From assembly GCF_964204645.1 (NCBI RefSeq), contig NC_134027.1, forward strand, positions 20,422,560 through 20,486,559: a stretch of DNA of 64,000 nucleotides. Direction: 5' to 3'. Below the pieces are notes generated by a model. That model did no database searches. It worked only from the letters and a program-made list of their open reading frames with translations, and was not told the DNA's origin. Below are positions 62,801 through 64,000 of the stretch, piece after piece (positions within the stretch are counted from its first letter, which is position 1; each line of letters starts with the position of its first letter). Source of the stretch: Tubulanus polymorphus. Lineage: Eukaryota; Animalia; Nemertea. Position numbers and translations under genes: made by a program.

Positions 62801-64000
62801 TAAAACCATTCCGATTCCCAGTCCCCGTGTGTTACATTTTATGTAACGATGTAAGACAAAACCGATCTCTTAGCTCTTTAACAAGTAATCAGTTCAAAGT
62901 TCGATTAATTCTGCTACAGAAATACAAAACCACCAAGCAAGCTTTCAGTACAACCATGTCAGCAAGCCCATTTTTAGAATTTCTTGTTTTACATTAGCTC
63001 AATATGTTTCAAAGCAATTATCAGAATTGACATCCACTGTGGTATAGGAGGTAGCACATATTTTTTCGCGTTTTACTAAGGGTTGGATGTAAAAAAGCTA
63101 ATTCCTGATGCAGAGAACCTAAGGATGCGATGACTAAAGATTGATTAAATACATTTCTTTTTGAAAAATTTCCTAAACAAAAATACCCTCTGACAATATA
63201 TTATGTATCTATAGTTGTATGATTTTATTTTCAGCGTGTTTGTTCCGATTCAACCTGTTATCCGCTTCGTACTCATTGTTTCTTCTCACGTCGCCGTTTT
63301 TACAAGTATCAAAGAAAAAACCAGTACCCGGTACGTATTACTCGAGAAACACTGCAAACGTTGTGGAACGATCTACAATAGTCGAACTCACTGAATTCTT
63401 CATTCCGGATTTTCTTCGGAATTCGGGGGAATTATTTTGTCCGTTTAGCCTTGAACTAGGTGAACTATTATTCATACATAATTCAGATTTTATTTAATCG
63501 CCAAAAATCTGGACAGTCCCCTGTCATCAAAAGTGAGTGAGTTCTACCGTAGCCTAAGAATATTGATGAATTAAATACCCTTACTTATCTCGCCTGGGAT
63601 CAGGGCCCAGTTGCATAAATGGCCACAAGTTGTTTGTATAGATTGGTTATAGAACTAAAATTTTGAACTAAGCCTGGGCTCTCCTGTGCTGGTCTTGTAT
63701 ATAAGGAAACCAAACTGCCATTCGTTGAGAATACCATTCATTTCCCCTGGAAGTCAGTGCCAGTCAATGACCAGTTTATGACAAGTTACAGATTCAGAAA
63801 TGAAGCTCTAAGGAGCTGTGAAACTGAGCGATCACTGCCCCGTACACTTTCAACGCTGTAGACTCTGTACTTAGCTTTAGAAATGCTCAAAATTGGAATG
63901 AGCAATATGACGTTTGGTCTGACCAATATGAAAATAAGTTGTGGGGTAGAGAAATTCATGGTCAGATCATGAACCTCGGAATAATGGCCCCAATGTGAGA

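Overview
AT-rich, intron-containing eukaryotic (most likely invertebrate animal) genomic DNA dominated by nested mobile elements. The main feature is a left-truncated, decaying Polinton/Maverick-like endogenous virus (~6.2-18.6 kb). It encodes a major capsid fragment, putative membrane proteins, a penton-like protein, zinc-finger proteins and a protein-primed family B DNA polymerase. The polymerase catalytic motif C (YFD/TDA) is interrupted by a ~355-aa LAGLIDADG-containing intein that, from recall, closely resembles the Mimivirus PolB intein. Nearly every gene of the element starts at a conserved AATTTTTT-N(4-6)-TAAATG motif resembling poxvirus late promoters. Together these suggest a helper-dependent, virophage-like lifestyle (inference). 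Related material occurs twice more: a second penton-gene fragment (~30.6-31.3 kb) and a complete 2.56-kb non-autonomous derivative with TIRs, a terminal hairpin and a 6-bp TSD (43665-46221), inserted into a DIRS/Ngaro tyrosine-recombinase ORF. The window also holds one apparently intact 10-exon host SLC22-family transporter gene, a decayed Gypsy element, several LINE fragments, a non-coding split-direct-repeat element with a 34-bp hairpin satellite, a Penelope-type hammerhead ribozyme and many MITEs.
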